This document shows, in pieces, positions 41,680-51,371 of a stretch of 64,000 nt of DNA. Source of the stretch: Patescibacteria group bacterium (GTDB taxonomy: Bacteria; Patescibacteriota; Patescibacteriia; UBA1558; S5-K13). Location of the stretch: assembly GCA_028692545.1 (NCBI GenBank), contig JAQUXC010000003.1, forward strand, positions 47,827 through 111,826. The letters are read 5' to 3'. The position numbers and the translations under genes are program-made. Each line of letters begins with the position of its first letter. Positions within the stretch are counted from its first letter, which is position 1. Below the pieces are notes generated by a model. It had not been told where the DNA came from. It did no database searches and saw only the letters and a list, made by a program, of their open reading frames with translations.

Positions 41680-42237
41680 ATGAACAATAAAAGAGTAGCT
41701 GTTTTTATAGACAATAGTAATGTTTTTGGAAATATGCGAGATTTGAAAAAATCAGGAATAAATTGGGTTTGTTTGTATGACCCAGAATTTTTAGCAAAAA
41801 AATTAGCTGGAAATAGAGAATTAGTGTATACAGGATTTTATTGCACTAGACCACCAGCATATCTTTTAAAGGGAAATAATGATGAAAAATATAAATTTAA
41901 TACTGCTAATAAATATTACAGCGAAATAGAAAAAAATCCTTCTGTATCCGTGAAATATGGAGACTTAAAGGGAACTAGAGGCAATCTAATAGAAAAAAAT
42001 TTAGATACTCAAATAAGCTCTGATATGGTAGAAATGGCGGCGTTTGATAAATATGACATCGCAATTATAGTTTCTAATGATGGGGATTATAAAAGTGCTA
42101 TTGAAAGCACTAAGAAATTTAATAAAAAAATAGAGGTTTTATTTTTTCAGGGTAGCTTATCTATGTCTTTAAGAAGTGTAAGTGATATAACAAGACGAGC
42201 TAGATGTTCTTATTTTGTGAAATTAGATGGTATGTAG
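41680..42237 (+). CDS. NYN-domain (LabA/DUF88-like) putative ribonuclease
   Basis: RVAVFIDNSNV...D..IIVSNDGDY pattern of NYN/PIN-like nucleases; 185 aa. Confidence 0.7.
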   Translation: MNNKRVAVFIDNSNVFGNMRDLKKSGINWVCLYDPEFLAKKLAGNRELVYTGFYCTRPPAYLLKGNNDEKYKFNTANKYYSEIEKNPSVSVKYGDLKGTRGNLIEKNLDTQISSDMVEMAAFDKYDIAIIVSNDGDYKSAIESTKKFNKKIEVLFFQGSLSMSLRSVSDITRRARCSYFVKLDGM

Positions 42238-42349
42238 AAATAGTGAGTAGAGTGGTGGGGTAAATTACAAATCACCATACATTCTCAAGTCAGGAATATA
42301 AATATACTCAGTTTGTCTTTGAATAATAGTTCTGATATTCCGAACTACA

Positions 42350-42361
42350 CGAAGCCAACCT
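42350..42361. repeat. 12-bp exact repeat of the tRNA-Asn 3' end/flank (candidate attR core)
   Basis: cgaagccaacct is identical to 29376..29387. The following bases are also similar (acct-gta vs acctagta). A GC-rich 12-mer is unlikely by chance in this AT-rich DNA. Confidence 0.4.
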
Positions 42362-42444
42362 AGTACATGTTTCGAGCAACCGGCCTGCCTCGGCGTAGCC
42401 GTAGGCGAAGACGGGGTTGCGTCGAAAATCACATATTAGAGCAT

Positions 42445-42479
42445 AAAGACGTTTTTTATCAAGGCGTCTTTTTGTTTTT
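42445..42479 (+). terminator. rho-independent terminator
   Basis: aaagacg-ttttttatcaagg-cgtcttt + ttgttttt. Confidence 0.55.
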
Positions 42480-42546
42480 CAGCTAGATTGATTTTTAGGT
42501 TGAAATGTGCGAAAATATGAATATTCTTATATAAAAATGAATAATT

Positions 42547-45489
42547 ATGAATATCACAGATCATCAAGCTAAATATTTTGCTTATGAGCTCACTAAACGT
42601 TGTGCTTCAGATAGTCTAGAAAAATTATCATCAACTCTCTCAAATTCTCAAGTAGATTTGAACCCACATCAAATAGAGGCAGCTTTATTTGCTTTTAGAT
42701 CTCCACTTTCTAAAGGAGCTATTTTAGCTGATGAGGTTGGTTTAGGAAAAACAATTGAAGCTGGTCTTGTAATTTCTCAAAAGTGGGCAGAGAGAAAAAG
42801 AAAAATACTTTTAATAGTTCCTGCTAGTTTAAGAAAACAATGGAATTCAGAGCTCCAAGAAAAATTTTTTATTCCATCAATTATTTTAGAAGCAAAATCT
42901 TTTAATCAGTATATAAAAGAAGGAAATCTTAATCCATTTAATCAAAAAGACCTTATAGTAATCTGTTCATATCATTTTGCAAAAGGAAAATCTGTTTATA
43001 TAAAACAAACGAATTTTGATTTAGTTATTATTGATGAGGCGCATAGATTGAGAAATGTTTATAAAAATAATAATGTAATCGCCCGTGAGATAAAGGACGC
43101 AGTTCAGGCATATCCAAAAATACTTCTTACAGCCACACCATTACAAAATTCTTTACTTGAATTATATGGATTAACAAGTATTATTGATGAACATATCTTT
43201 GGAGATTTAAACAGCTATAAGGCTAATTATGCAAAAGTATCTAGAGAACAAGATATATATGAGAGTGAACTTGGAATGGTAGAACCAAGACAAGAGATGT
43301 TTGTTGATTTACGAAATAGACTTAAACCAATTTGTATTCGTACTTTACGTAGACAAGTTTTAGAATATATAAATTATCGTGATAGAAAACCAATTACTCA
43401 AGATTATATTCCAACAGAACAGGAAATTGAGTTGTATGATGGAATGACAGAATATTTACAAAGACCCAAATTGTATGCGCTACCATCAAGTCAACGCCAA
43501 CTTATGACGCTTATTTTAAGAAAACTTTTGGCCTCTTCTTCTTTTGCTATTGCAAGTACTCTAGATGGTCTTATTTATAAATTAGATAAACTTATAGAAC
43601 ACATCAGACAAAATTCAGTTGTTAAAATTGATGATTTACCAAAAGAAATAGAAGAGGACTATGAAACATATTCTGAAACTGTTGATGAGTGGATTGATAA
43701 TGAAAAAGATGAGAACGAAAATAAGATCAATGAAAAGAAAAATAAATTAAATATTGAAGATATACAACAAATTAAAGAAGAAAAAAAAGATTTAGAAGTA
43801 TTTAGAGATTTAGCTAAATCTATATTCAAGAATTCAAAAGGAGAGTCACTTTTAATAGCTTTAAAGAAGGGCTTCGAAATGACACAGGATCTTGGAGCTC
43901 AAAAAAAAGCTGTTATTTTTACAGAATCTAGAATTACGCAAAAATATTTATTAGATTTATTATCTGAAAATGGATATCAAGACAAGATTATTTTATTCAA
44001 TGGCACAAATAATGATCAAAAATCAAAAGAAATATATTTAGAATGGTTGAAAAAGAATAAAGATACTGACAAAATTACTGGCTCTAAAACAGCTGATTTA
44101 CGTGCGGCAATCGTAGAATATTTTAAATCAGATGCTGAAATTATGATCGCTACTGAAGCAGCAGCAGAGGGTATAAATTTACAATTTTGTTCTTTGGTTA
44201 TAAATTATGATCTTCCGTGGAATCCCCAAAGAATTGAACAGAGAATTGGTCGTTGTCATCGTTATGGACAAAAACACGATGTTGTCGTGGTAAATTTTGT
44301 AAATAGAAAAAATGCTGCCGATCAAAGGGTCTATGAACTTTTAGATCAGAAATTTATGTTATTTAAGGGTGTATTTGGTGCAAGTGATGAAGTTCTTGGA
44401 AATATTGAATCTGGGGTAGATTTTGAAAAAAGGATAGCTTCAATTTATCAATCTTGTCGTACCGAAGAAGAAATTAATAAAGCATTCGATTCTCTTCAAG
44501 CAGAAATGGATGAATCTATTCAAGAAGGAATTAAAAATGCAAAAGAGAAACTACTTGAAAATTTTGATGCAGATGTACACGAAAAATTAAAGATAAATTT
44601 AAAAGAAAGTAGGGCTTATTTAGAAACATATGAAAAATGGTTATGGGAAATCTCACAATACTTTTTGAAAGACAAAGCCAATTATTCAACTGATGATTAT
44701 TCTTTTACATTAAAAGAAAATCCATTTCCAGGTGAAGATATTGATGAAGGTCCTTATAGAATTGGAAAAAATATTGAAGATGCACATATTTATCGTCCGG
44801 GACATCCATTAGCAATTCGCATTTTAGATAAAATAAAATCAAATCAGTTATATCCGTGTGAAATCGTTTTTAACTATTCTAACTATGGACAAATTATTTC
44901 CCCAATCAAGGAATTAATCGGCATTTCTGGTATAATGAAAGTATCCCAATTAACAATTGATTCATTTGAGACGGAAGATGTTGTGTTGGTTACCGCAATA
45001 AATGATAGGGGCAATGTTATAGAAGAAGATATCGCAAAGAAGCTTTTTGCCTTAGATACTGAAATATTGCAAAATAAAATTGAGATAGAATCAGAAAATA
45101 TAGATAAAAAAGAAAAAGAAAAAGTTAAAATTATTACTACTAATATTTCCGAGAGAAATAGCGAATTTTTTGATGAAGAAGTTGACAAACTTGATAAATG
45201 GGCTGAAGATGTAAAAAAGAGTTTAGAAATAGAGCTTAGAAGAATGGATATAGATATAAAAACAATGAAAACAAATGCAAAGAAAATTTTAAACTTAGAA
45301 GAAAAAGTAAAATTACAAAGAGAGATAAAAAACTTAGAAAAGAAAAGAAATGAGATGCGTCAAAAGCTTTATAAAGCCCAAGATGAAGTAGATGTAAAAA
45401 AAGAAAATTTACTTGATAAAGTAGAAGCGCAACTTAATCAAAAAATATCTCTAACTACACTATTTGTTATTAAATTTAAAATAATATAA
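42547..45489 (+). CDS. SNF2-family helicase/ATPase with ~340-aa coiled-coil C-terminal extension
   Basis: Motif I LADEVGLGKTIEAG, II IIDEAHRLRN, III LTATPLQNSLLELY, VI NPQRIEQRIGRCHRYGQ; 980 aa. Confidence 0.85.
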   Translation: MNITDHQAKYFAYELTKRCASDSLEKLSSTLSNSQVDLNPHQIEAALFAFRSPLSKGAILADEVGLGKTIEAGLVISQKWAERKRKILLIVPASLRKQWNSELQEKFFIPSIILEAKSFNQYIKEGNLNPFNQKDLIVICSYHFAKGKSVYIKQTNFDLVIIDEAHRLRNVYKNNNVIAREIKDAVQAYPKILLTATPLQNSLLELYGLTSIIDEHIFGDLNSYKANYAKVSREQDIYESELGMVEPRQEMFVDLRNRLKPICIRTLRRQVLEYINYRDRKPITQDYIPTEQEIELYDGMTEYLQRPKLYALPSSQRQLMTLILRKLLASSSFAIASTLDGLIYKLDKLIEHIRQNSVVKIDDLPKEIEEDYETYSETVDEWIDNEKDENENKINEKKNKLNIEDIQQIKEEKKDLEVFRDLAKSIFKNSKGESLLIALKKGFEMTQDLGAQKKAVIFTESRITQKYLLDLLSENGYQDKIILFNGTNNDQKSKEIYLEWLKKNKDTDKITGSKTADLRAAIVEYFKSDAEIMIATEAAAEGINLQFCSLVINYDLPWNPQRIEQRIGRCHRYGQKHDVVVVNFVNRKNAADQRVYELLDQKFMLFKGVFGASDEVLGNIESGVDFEKRIASIYQSCRTEEEINKAFDSLQAEMDESIQEGIKNAKEKLLENFDADVHEKLKINLKESRAYLETYEKWLWEISQYFLKDKANYSTDDYSFTLKENPFPGEDIDEGPYRIGKNIEDAHIYRPGHPLAIRILDKIKSNQLYPCEIVFNYSNYGQIISPIKELIGISGIMKVSQLTIDSFETEDVVLVTAINDRGNVIEEDIAKKLFALDTEILQNKIEIESENIDKKEKEKVKIITTNISERNSEFFDEEVDKLDKWAEDVKKSLEIELRRMDIDIKTMKTNAKKILNLEEKVKLQREIKNLEKKRNEMRQKLYKAQDEVDVKKENLLDKVEAQLNQKISLTTLFVIKFKII

Positions 45490-45493
45490 AGAT

Positions 45494-47164
45494 ATGGATA
45501 ATAAACAAAGATTAGAGCTTACTTGGATTGGTAAAAATAATCTTGATTATGATATTTCTAATATTGAGCCGAGAATCTTAGAAGAGAATTTGAAACTTTC
45601 AAATTGTGAAAATGATCCAAATACGGAGAATATGATTATACACGGAGATAATTTACTTGCCCTTAAGGCTCTTCTTCCGGAATATGAGGGGAAAATAAAA
45701 TGTATTTATATTGATCCGCCCTATAATACTGGTAATGCTTTTGAACATTATGATGATTGTGTCGAACACAGTACTTGGCTTTCATTAATGAAACCAAGAT
45801 TAGAGTTATTAAAAAAATTGTTAAGTAGAGACGGAGTAATATTAGTTCAAATTGATGATAAAGAAGGTCATTATTTGAAAGTTTTAATGGACGAAGTATT
45901 TGATAGGAATAATTTTTTAGTATCAATTGCTGTAAGATCGTCTACACCAAGTGGGTTAAAAACAGCCCACAAAGCAAAAACAATTATTAAACAAAAAGAT
46001 TTTATTTTAGTCTATAAGAATGGCCCAGATATTAAAATTAGTCCTGCATACATCCCCAAAGAAAGTTGGGATGATCATTATAATTATTTTTTTGATAAAG
46101 AAAATAATAAAGTATTGAACTTAAAAGATGTTTTATTAGAGCATGGTATAGTTGATAAAAAACAAAAAATATCAGATATAAATATTTTCGATAAGGACTT
46201 TAGAGATTTTTATTTAAAAAACAAGGATAGAATATTCCGTACAGCCCCAGAAATGCCCATAGACATAAAAAACCAATCTAAACAAAATTTAAGTACAATA
46301 ATCGAATATGGTGACGAAGATGGTAAACAGTATGCATGGAATGGCAATAGAATGACTTTTTTAAATAAAACTATAAAAATCATAGATGGAGAAGAATACA
46401 TGTCAAATCTTTTATGCGATTTTTGGGGGGATATAGATTTTCAAAATACTCAAAATGAAGGAGGCGTGAAATTTCCAGCAAGTAAAAAACCAGAAAAATT
46501 GATTTTAAGAATTTTAAATATGTTTACAGAAGAAAATGACTTTGTTTTAGACTCATTTCTTGGTTCTGGCACAACTGCTGCAGTAGCGCATAAAATGAAG
46601 CGAAGGTATATAGGTGTTGAAATGGGGGATCATGCCTATTCACATTGTAAGGTACGGCTTGATAATGTGATAGATGGCTCTGACCAAGGTGGAATAAGCA
46701 GATCTGTGGAATGGAAAGGTGGGGGTGCATATAGATTTTATGAACTTGCACCTAGTTTTATTATAAAAGATGAATTTAGCAATCCTATTATTGATGAATA
46801 TTATGATGATGTTAAGCTTATAAAAGCAATGTGTAAATTTATGAATTTTACTTATCAACCAAGTAAAACAGAATATTGGAAACACGGCATTGGACAAGGT
46901 AAGAATTATATCTACATTACAACACAACTTTTAACATCTGGAATAGTACAACAAATTATTGGACATTTAAAAGAAGGGGAAACTCTAACAATTTGTCCTA
47001 AGAAATTTGAACCAGGAGCTGATAAAATTGATAATCGAATAATTATTAAAAAAATTCCTCAATCGGTTTTAAAATCTTGTCAATTTGGTAAAAAAGATTA
47101 TCTTCTCCCAATTAAAGAATTATCCATGGAAGAAATTGATACCGATGAAGAGAACGACGAATAA
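45494..47164 (+). CDS. Type III-like N6-adenine DNA methyltransferase (Mod), beta-class
   Basis: IYIDPPYNTGNAFEHYDD (motif IV) precedes FLGSGTTAAVA (motif I); 556 aa; 4 bp after the SNF2 gene. Confidence 0.85.
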   Translation: MDNKQRLELTWIGKNNLDYDISNIEPRILEENLKLSNCENDPNTENMIIHGDNLLALKALLPEYEGKIKCIYIDPPYNTGNAFEHYDDCVEHSTWLSLMKPRLELLKKLLSRDGVILVQIDDKEGHYLKVLMDEVFDRNNFLVSIAVRSSTPSGLKTAHKAKTIIKQKDFILVYKNGPDIKISPAYIPKESWDDHYNYFFDKENNKVLNLKDVLLEHGIVDKKQKISDINIFDKDFRDFYLKNKDRIFRTAPEMPIDIKNQSKQNLSTIIEYGDEDGKQYAWNGNRMTFLNKTIKIIDGEEYMSNLLCDFWGDIDFQNTQNEGGVKFPASKKPEKLILRILNMFTEENDFVLDSFLGSGTTAAVAHKMKRRYIGVEMGDHAYSHCKVRLDNVIDGSDQGGISRSVEWKGGGAYRFYELAPSFIIKDEFSNPIIDEYYDDVKLIKAMCKFMNFTYQPSKTEYWKHGIGQGKNYIYITTQLLTSGIVQQIIGHLKEGETLTICPKKFEPGADKIDNRIIIKKIPQSVLKSCQFGKKDYLLPIKELSMEEIDTDEENDE

Positions 47165-47168
47165 TATT

Positions 47169-49991
47169 ATGCAACCAGAACAAGCATTACAATATTTAAA
47201 TAGTACGATGAATTTAAGAGAGCCACAGGCAAAGAGTCTGCAAATTTTTTCTGATTATTTAAAATCTTCAGCTGGACAAATACTGTTAAAAAGAATGAAT
47301 AATAAAAATAATACAGAAAAAATTTTAGAATCATCAAAAAATTATTTTAAAGACATACCTGAAGCTCAAGAATTCGAAGTATTTGAAAGAGCTTTCCCAG
47401 CTTTTACTTTTGCACTTGCAACTGGAGTTGGTAAAACTCGTCTTATGGGAGCTTTTGTAGCATATCTTTATCTTGTATATAACATTCAACATTTTTTAAT
47501 CGTAGCTCCAAATCTTACTATTTATCGCAAATTACATGAAGATTTTAGTAGAGCAAATAATCCAAAATATGTTTTTAAAGGTATTCAAGAAATAAATATA
47601 AATACCACAAAGATTATTACTACTGATAATTATGCCAGCCATAAAGAAAATCCACTTTTTGGTAATCAAATTGAAATAAATATTTTTAATATCCAACAAT
47701 TTGCACAAAAGGATATGGCCAATGAACGTGGAATAACAAAAGCATGGGAAACTGCCAGTCAATCATATTTTGATTATTTAAAAAATCAAGAAGATTTAGT
47801 TGTTATGCTTGATGAGGCACATCATTATCATGCTGATGCAGCACTTGGTTCTCTTGATTTAATGAATCCTTTATTTGGTTTAGAATTTACTGCTACTCCA
47901 TATTTAGGTACTCAAGGCACTGGAAGAAATTTGCAACAAATAAGAATGAAAAATGTGCTATATTCTTATAATCTTGGTGATGCTATTCGTGGTAAATTTG
48001 TAAAAGATCCATGGGTAGGAACAGAGGCAGACGTGGATTTTCAACAATTCAATACAGAATCAATAGAAACTGATGTACGCAAATTACAATTAGCTGCTTA
48101 TTTTCATGAGCGTGCTAAAAATGCACTTAAAGAATACGCTCTCGAAAATAATAAACCGATTATTAAACCAGTTTTATTAGTAGTTGCAAAAGATACAAAA
48201 CATTCTGCTGAACTGAAGTCTCTTATAGATAGTGATGATTTTAGAGGAGGTGAGTTCAAGGGGAAAGTGATTGAAATAAATACAAAAATTCGTGGAGAAG
48301 AAGCAGATGAAAATATTGAAAAGTTGATTTCTTTAGAACATCCGGATAATACCATTGAGGTGGTTATTCATGTTAATATGTTAAAAGAGGGTTGGGATGT
48401 AACAAATGTTTACACAATAGCACCAATTAGAGCTGCAGCTACAGCAATTCTAACAGAGCAAACAATAGGTAGGGGGTTGCGTCTTCCTTATGGCGAGCGT
48501 ACAGGAGTGCCTTTAGTAGACAGATTAATGATTGTAGCACACGAACAATTTAAGAAAATTATAGAACTTGCTAAAGATTCTCCACTTATTCAAGGACGCG
48601 TAGAAGAAATATCGGAAAAAGAAACAAAAGAAATAAAAACTCTCACAGAAGTTCAACCAATAATACTTCAAAACATTACTACTGAAATAAAGAAGAATGA
48701 ACTTATAATGCGTGCTGTAAGTGAAAAAGCAGAAGATGCAATTTCTAAGCTACCTGAAATTCAATCTATTGATACTGATGTTAAAGAGAAAATGGTTGAA
48801 AAGAAGATAGAAGAATTAGTAAAAGAAACCGCCAAACAAACAGTTAGCGGATTATCATTTTCAGATTATCATAATCAGAAACAAAAAATACAAGTAAAAA
48901 CATCTTATGATCCAGATTCTTTCTTGGGACTATTGAATCCAGATGTACAGAAGGAACTTACAAAAATAGCCAAAGAATCGAGTATTGAATTAGAAAAAAG
49001 AAACATTCCTATACCAAGACTTATTCTTACACCAAATTATAGTGAGCTTATAATACACGATTTTGACTTGAATACTGGCATTCTTCAAAAATATACAAAT
49101 GAAAGAGCTATTTTAGAAGAACAACTTCAAAACGAAAAGGAAAAAAACCTATTTGGCGAAGATGTTCCCGGAAGACGTGTAACAGAAATAACTAGAGTAA
49201 CCAGTTTCGGAGCACAAAACAGGCAATCTCCTCAAAATACAATTATTGCAGCATTATTGGATTTTCCTCTAGTTGATTATGATGACCAAGGACAAAGACC
49301 ATTATTGTTAAAATTAGCAGATCAAGCAGTTAATTATTATAAAAAAACTGCAATTGACGATGATAATCTTTCATTAATTATAGAAAGTAATGCAAAATCA
49401 ATTGCTGGAGATATCTATAAACAAATTTTGGAACATAAAGAATACAAAGAAGAATATTTGGATTCTGGTGTAGCTGAACCAAAACCGTATTTAGAACAAT
49501 ATAATATTTCTATTTCATTTGGAGAAAAACCAGTTTCACTCAAATCTCAGGTAGATAGTTTTTCATATAAATTATTATATAATAATTTTCAAAAAGCGTG
49601 TCATTCTATGTATCGCTTCGATTCTTCTGATGAAATTAGATTAGCATATCTTTTAGATAATGATGGTTCTGTAGAAGATTGGCTTAGACCAGCACCAAAT
49701 CAATTTGAAGGATTGTATTGGAGAGACACAGAAGGAGAAGCGCATCATCGTTATGAACCGGATTTTGTAGTTGAGTTGAAAAAAGAAATTGTTATGATTG
49801 AAGTTAAACCAAGGGAAGAAATAGACACTCCAAACGTACAATCGAAAAAAACTACTGCTGATAAATATTGTGAAGAAATAAATAAAAATATAGGAAAATT
49901 TGGAATAACAAAACCATGGAGATATACTATAATCCCAACAGATAAAATAACCATTAATTCAACAATTGAGGGTTTATTTAGCAATAAATAA
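47169..49991 (+). CDS. Type III-like restriction subunit (Res: DEAH helicase + C-terminal PD-ExK nuclease)
   Basis: Walker A ATGVGKT; DEAH box LDEAHHYH; C-terminal YEPDFVVE...IEVKP. Start set at the ATG at 47169 just after the mod stop (the track ORF begins earlier within mod). Confidence 0.8.
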   Translation: MQPEQALQYLNSTMNLREPQAKSLQIFSDYLKSSAGQILLKRMNNKNNTEKILESSKNYFKDIPEAQEFEVFERAFPAFTFALATGVGKTRLMGAFVAYLYLVYNIQHFLIVAPNLTIYRKLHEDFSRANNPKYVFKGIQEININTTKIITTDNYASHKENPLFGNQIEINIFNIQQFAQKDMANERGITKAWETASQSYFDYLKNQEDLVVMLDEAHHYHADAALGSLDLMNPLFGLEFTATPYLGTQGTGRNLQQIRMKNVLYSYNLGDAIRGKFVKDPWVGTEADVDFQQFNTESIETDVRKLQLAAYFHERAKNALKEYALENNKPIIKPVLLVVAKDTKHSAELKSLIDSDDFRGGEFKGKVIEINTKIRGEEADENIEKLISLEHPDNTIEVVIHVNMLKEGWDVTNVYTIAPIRAAATAILTEQTIGRGLRLPYGERTGVPLVDRLMIVAHEQFKKIIELAKDSPLIQGRVEEISEKETKEIKTLTEVQPIILQNITTEIKKNELIMRAVSEKAEDAISKLPEIQSIDTDVKEKMVEKKIEELVKETAKQTVSGLSFSDYHNQKQKIQVKTSYDPDSFLGLLNPDVQKELTKIAKESSIELEKRNIPIPRLILTPNYSELIIHDFDLNTGILQKYTNERAILEEQLQNEKEKNLFGEDVPGRRVTEITRVTSFGAQNRQSPQNTIIAALLDFPLVDYDDQGQRPLLLKLADQAVNYYKKTAIDDDNLSLIIESNAKSIAGDIYKQILEHKEYKEEYLDSGVAEPKPYLEQYNISISFGEKPVSLKSQVDSFSYKLLYNNFQKACHSMYRFDSSDEIRLAYLLDNDGSVEDWLRPAPNQFEGLYWRDTEGEAHHRYEPDFVVELKKEIVMIEVKPREEIDTPNVQSKKTTADKYCEEINKNIGKFGITKPWRYTIIPTDKITINSTIEGLFSNK

Positions 49992-49994
49992 TTT

Positions 49995-51341
49995 ATGTCT
50001 AAATTTTTAATTTATAAAAATAAGGAAAAGATATTTAATTTAAATACTAAACTATATTTTGAAGAAGTTTATAAATCTTACTGTTCAAAAAATTACAGAT
50101 CAGCGGTTGTTATGTTATATTCAGTTGTTATATGTGATTTAATTTATAAATTACAAGAACTCAGAGATATATATAAGGATGATTGTGCGGTTGAAATTTT
50201 AAAAAAGATATCCACTTTAAGAAGTAGGGATGAAAAATCTCCAAAATGGGAGTCAGAACTTATTGAACTTATAAACAATAAAACATCCTTTTTTGAGAAT
50301 GCTGACTATGCTAATCTAATTAGTCTTCAGCAACACAGACACTTATCTGCTCATCCAGTTTTAGATCAGATAGATTTATTATTTTCACCAAATAAAGAAA
50401 CTACCAGGGCACATATTAGAAATATGCTTGAGGGAATACTTATTAAACCGCCTATATTTTCAAGAAAAATAATTGATCAATTGATTACAGATATATCATT
50501 AAAACAAGACATTTTTTTAAATAGAGGCTCTGATTTAAAAAAATATTTAGAAGCTAAATATTTAAAAAATTTATCAAAAGAAGTTGAGATTGCTATATTT
50601 AAAGCTTTGTGGAAATTTATATTTATAATTGAGAATGAAGATTGTGATAAAAATAGAAGTATTAATTTAGAGGCTCTAAAAATAATTTTTTATAGAAATA
50701 AGGAAAATTACTTACAATTAATAAAATCAGAAAGTGATTTTTTTAGTAATATTTCAAGAGGTAATTCTCTTATTTATTTAATAGTTTTTTTATCAAAAAA
50801 TAGAGAGATATATAAATTTTTAAATGATGGGGCTAAAGAAATTATAAAAGGTGGCTGCAAAGATGATGATAATTGTTATTTATTAAGTTGGTTTATAGAA
50901 GACGACATTTTAGAACACATAAAAAATGTTAAAAAGTATATTGTAGAAGAAAAGAGACATTTCGATATTAAAGTCGGTGCTTTTAATAGTTTGTTAGTTA
51001 TGGGATCTGAATTAAAATGTGAAAATGATATATTAGAATTTGGAATTTTTCTTTTTGGAAAAAGTACTAATTTCAACACGGCTGATAAAAGATTTGACGA
51101 TCTGATTGCCCCTTTTATGAATAAATATAATAAACAGCTCTTTAATATTTTATTTGAATCAATTGAATCTAATGACCAGGTTTATAATCGAGGAAGAATG
51201 TCTAGTGATAGTGAAAAAATTAAAAGTATTGCAGATAATGTTTTGGGGACAGATTTTGATTATAGTATCTATCCTGAATTTATGAAAAAATTGAATCCTT
51301 TAGAGTATTATAAGCAATTATCACAGACTAATTCAAATTAA
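49995..51341 (+). CDS. hypothetical 448-aa protein, last gene of the SNF2-Mod-Res operon (possible accessory/abortive-infection-like component)
   Basis: Starts 3 bp after res. Helical, no motif recognised; operon position suggests a functional link. Confidence 0.4.
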   Translation: MSKFLIYKNKEKIFNLNTKLYFEEVYKSYCSKNYRSAVVMLYSVVICDLIYKLQELRDIYKDDCAVEILKKISTLRSRDEKSPKWESELIELINNKTSFFENADYANLISLQQHRHLSAHPVLDQIDLLFSPNKETTRAHIRNMLEGILIKPPIFSRKIIDQLITDISLKQDIFLNRGSDLKKYLEAKYLKNLSKEVEIAIFKALWKFIFIIENEDCDKNRSINLEALKIIFYRNKENYLQLIKSESDFFSNISRGNSLIYLIVFLSKNREIYKFLNDGAKEIIKGGCKDDDNCYLLSWFIEDDILEHIKNVKKYIVEEKRHFDIKVGAFNSLLVMGSELKCENDILEFGIFLFGKSTNFNTADKRFDDLIAPFMNKYNKQLFNILFESIESNDQVYNRGRMSSDSEKIKSIADNVLGTDFDYSIYPEFMKKLNPLEYYKQLSQTNSN

Positions 51342-51371
51342 GAATATTTATTAATCGTATATTTAGATAAC

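Larger units (their letters stand above)
29342..42361. mobile_element. putative integrative element inserted at the 3' end of tRNA-Asn (serine recombinase, replication-like genes, Type III R-M cargo); right boundary tentative
   Basis: The recombinase gene's 3' end overlaps tRNA-Asn. cgaagccaacct (29376..29387, tRNA 3' end/flank) recurs exactly at 42350..42361, followed by a GC-rich structured segment. The gene content is accessory and defence-related. Confidence 0.4.

Noticed and set aside
47085-47168. Upstream extension of the Res2 ORF overlapping the mod gene
   Set aside because: It overlaps the 3' end of the methyltransferase in another frame. The ATG at 47169, just after the mod stop, gives the typical coupled arrangement.
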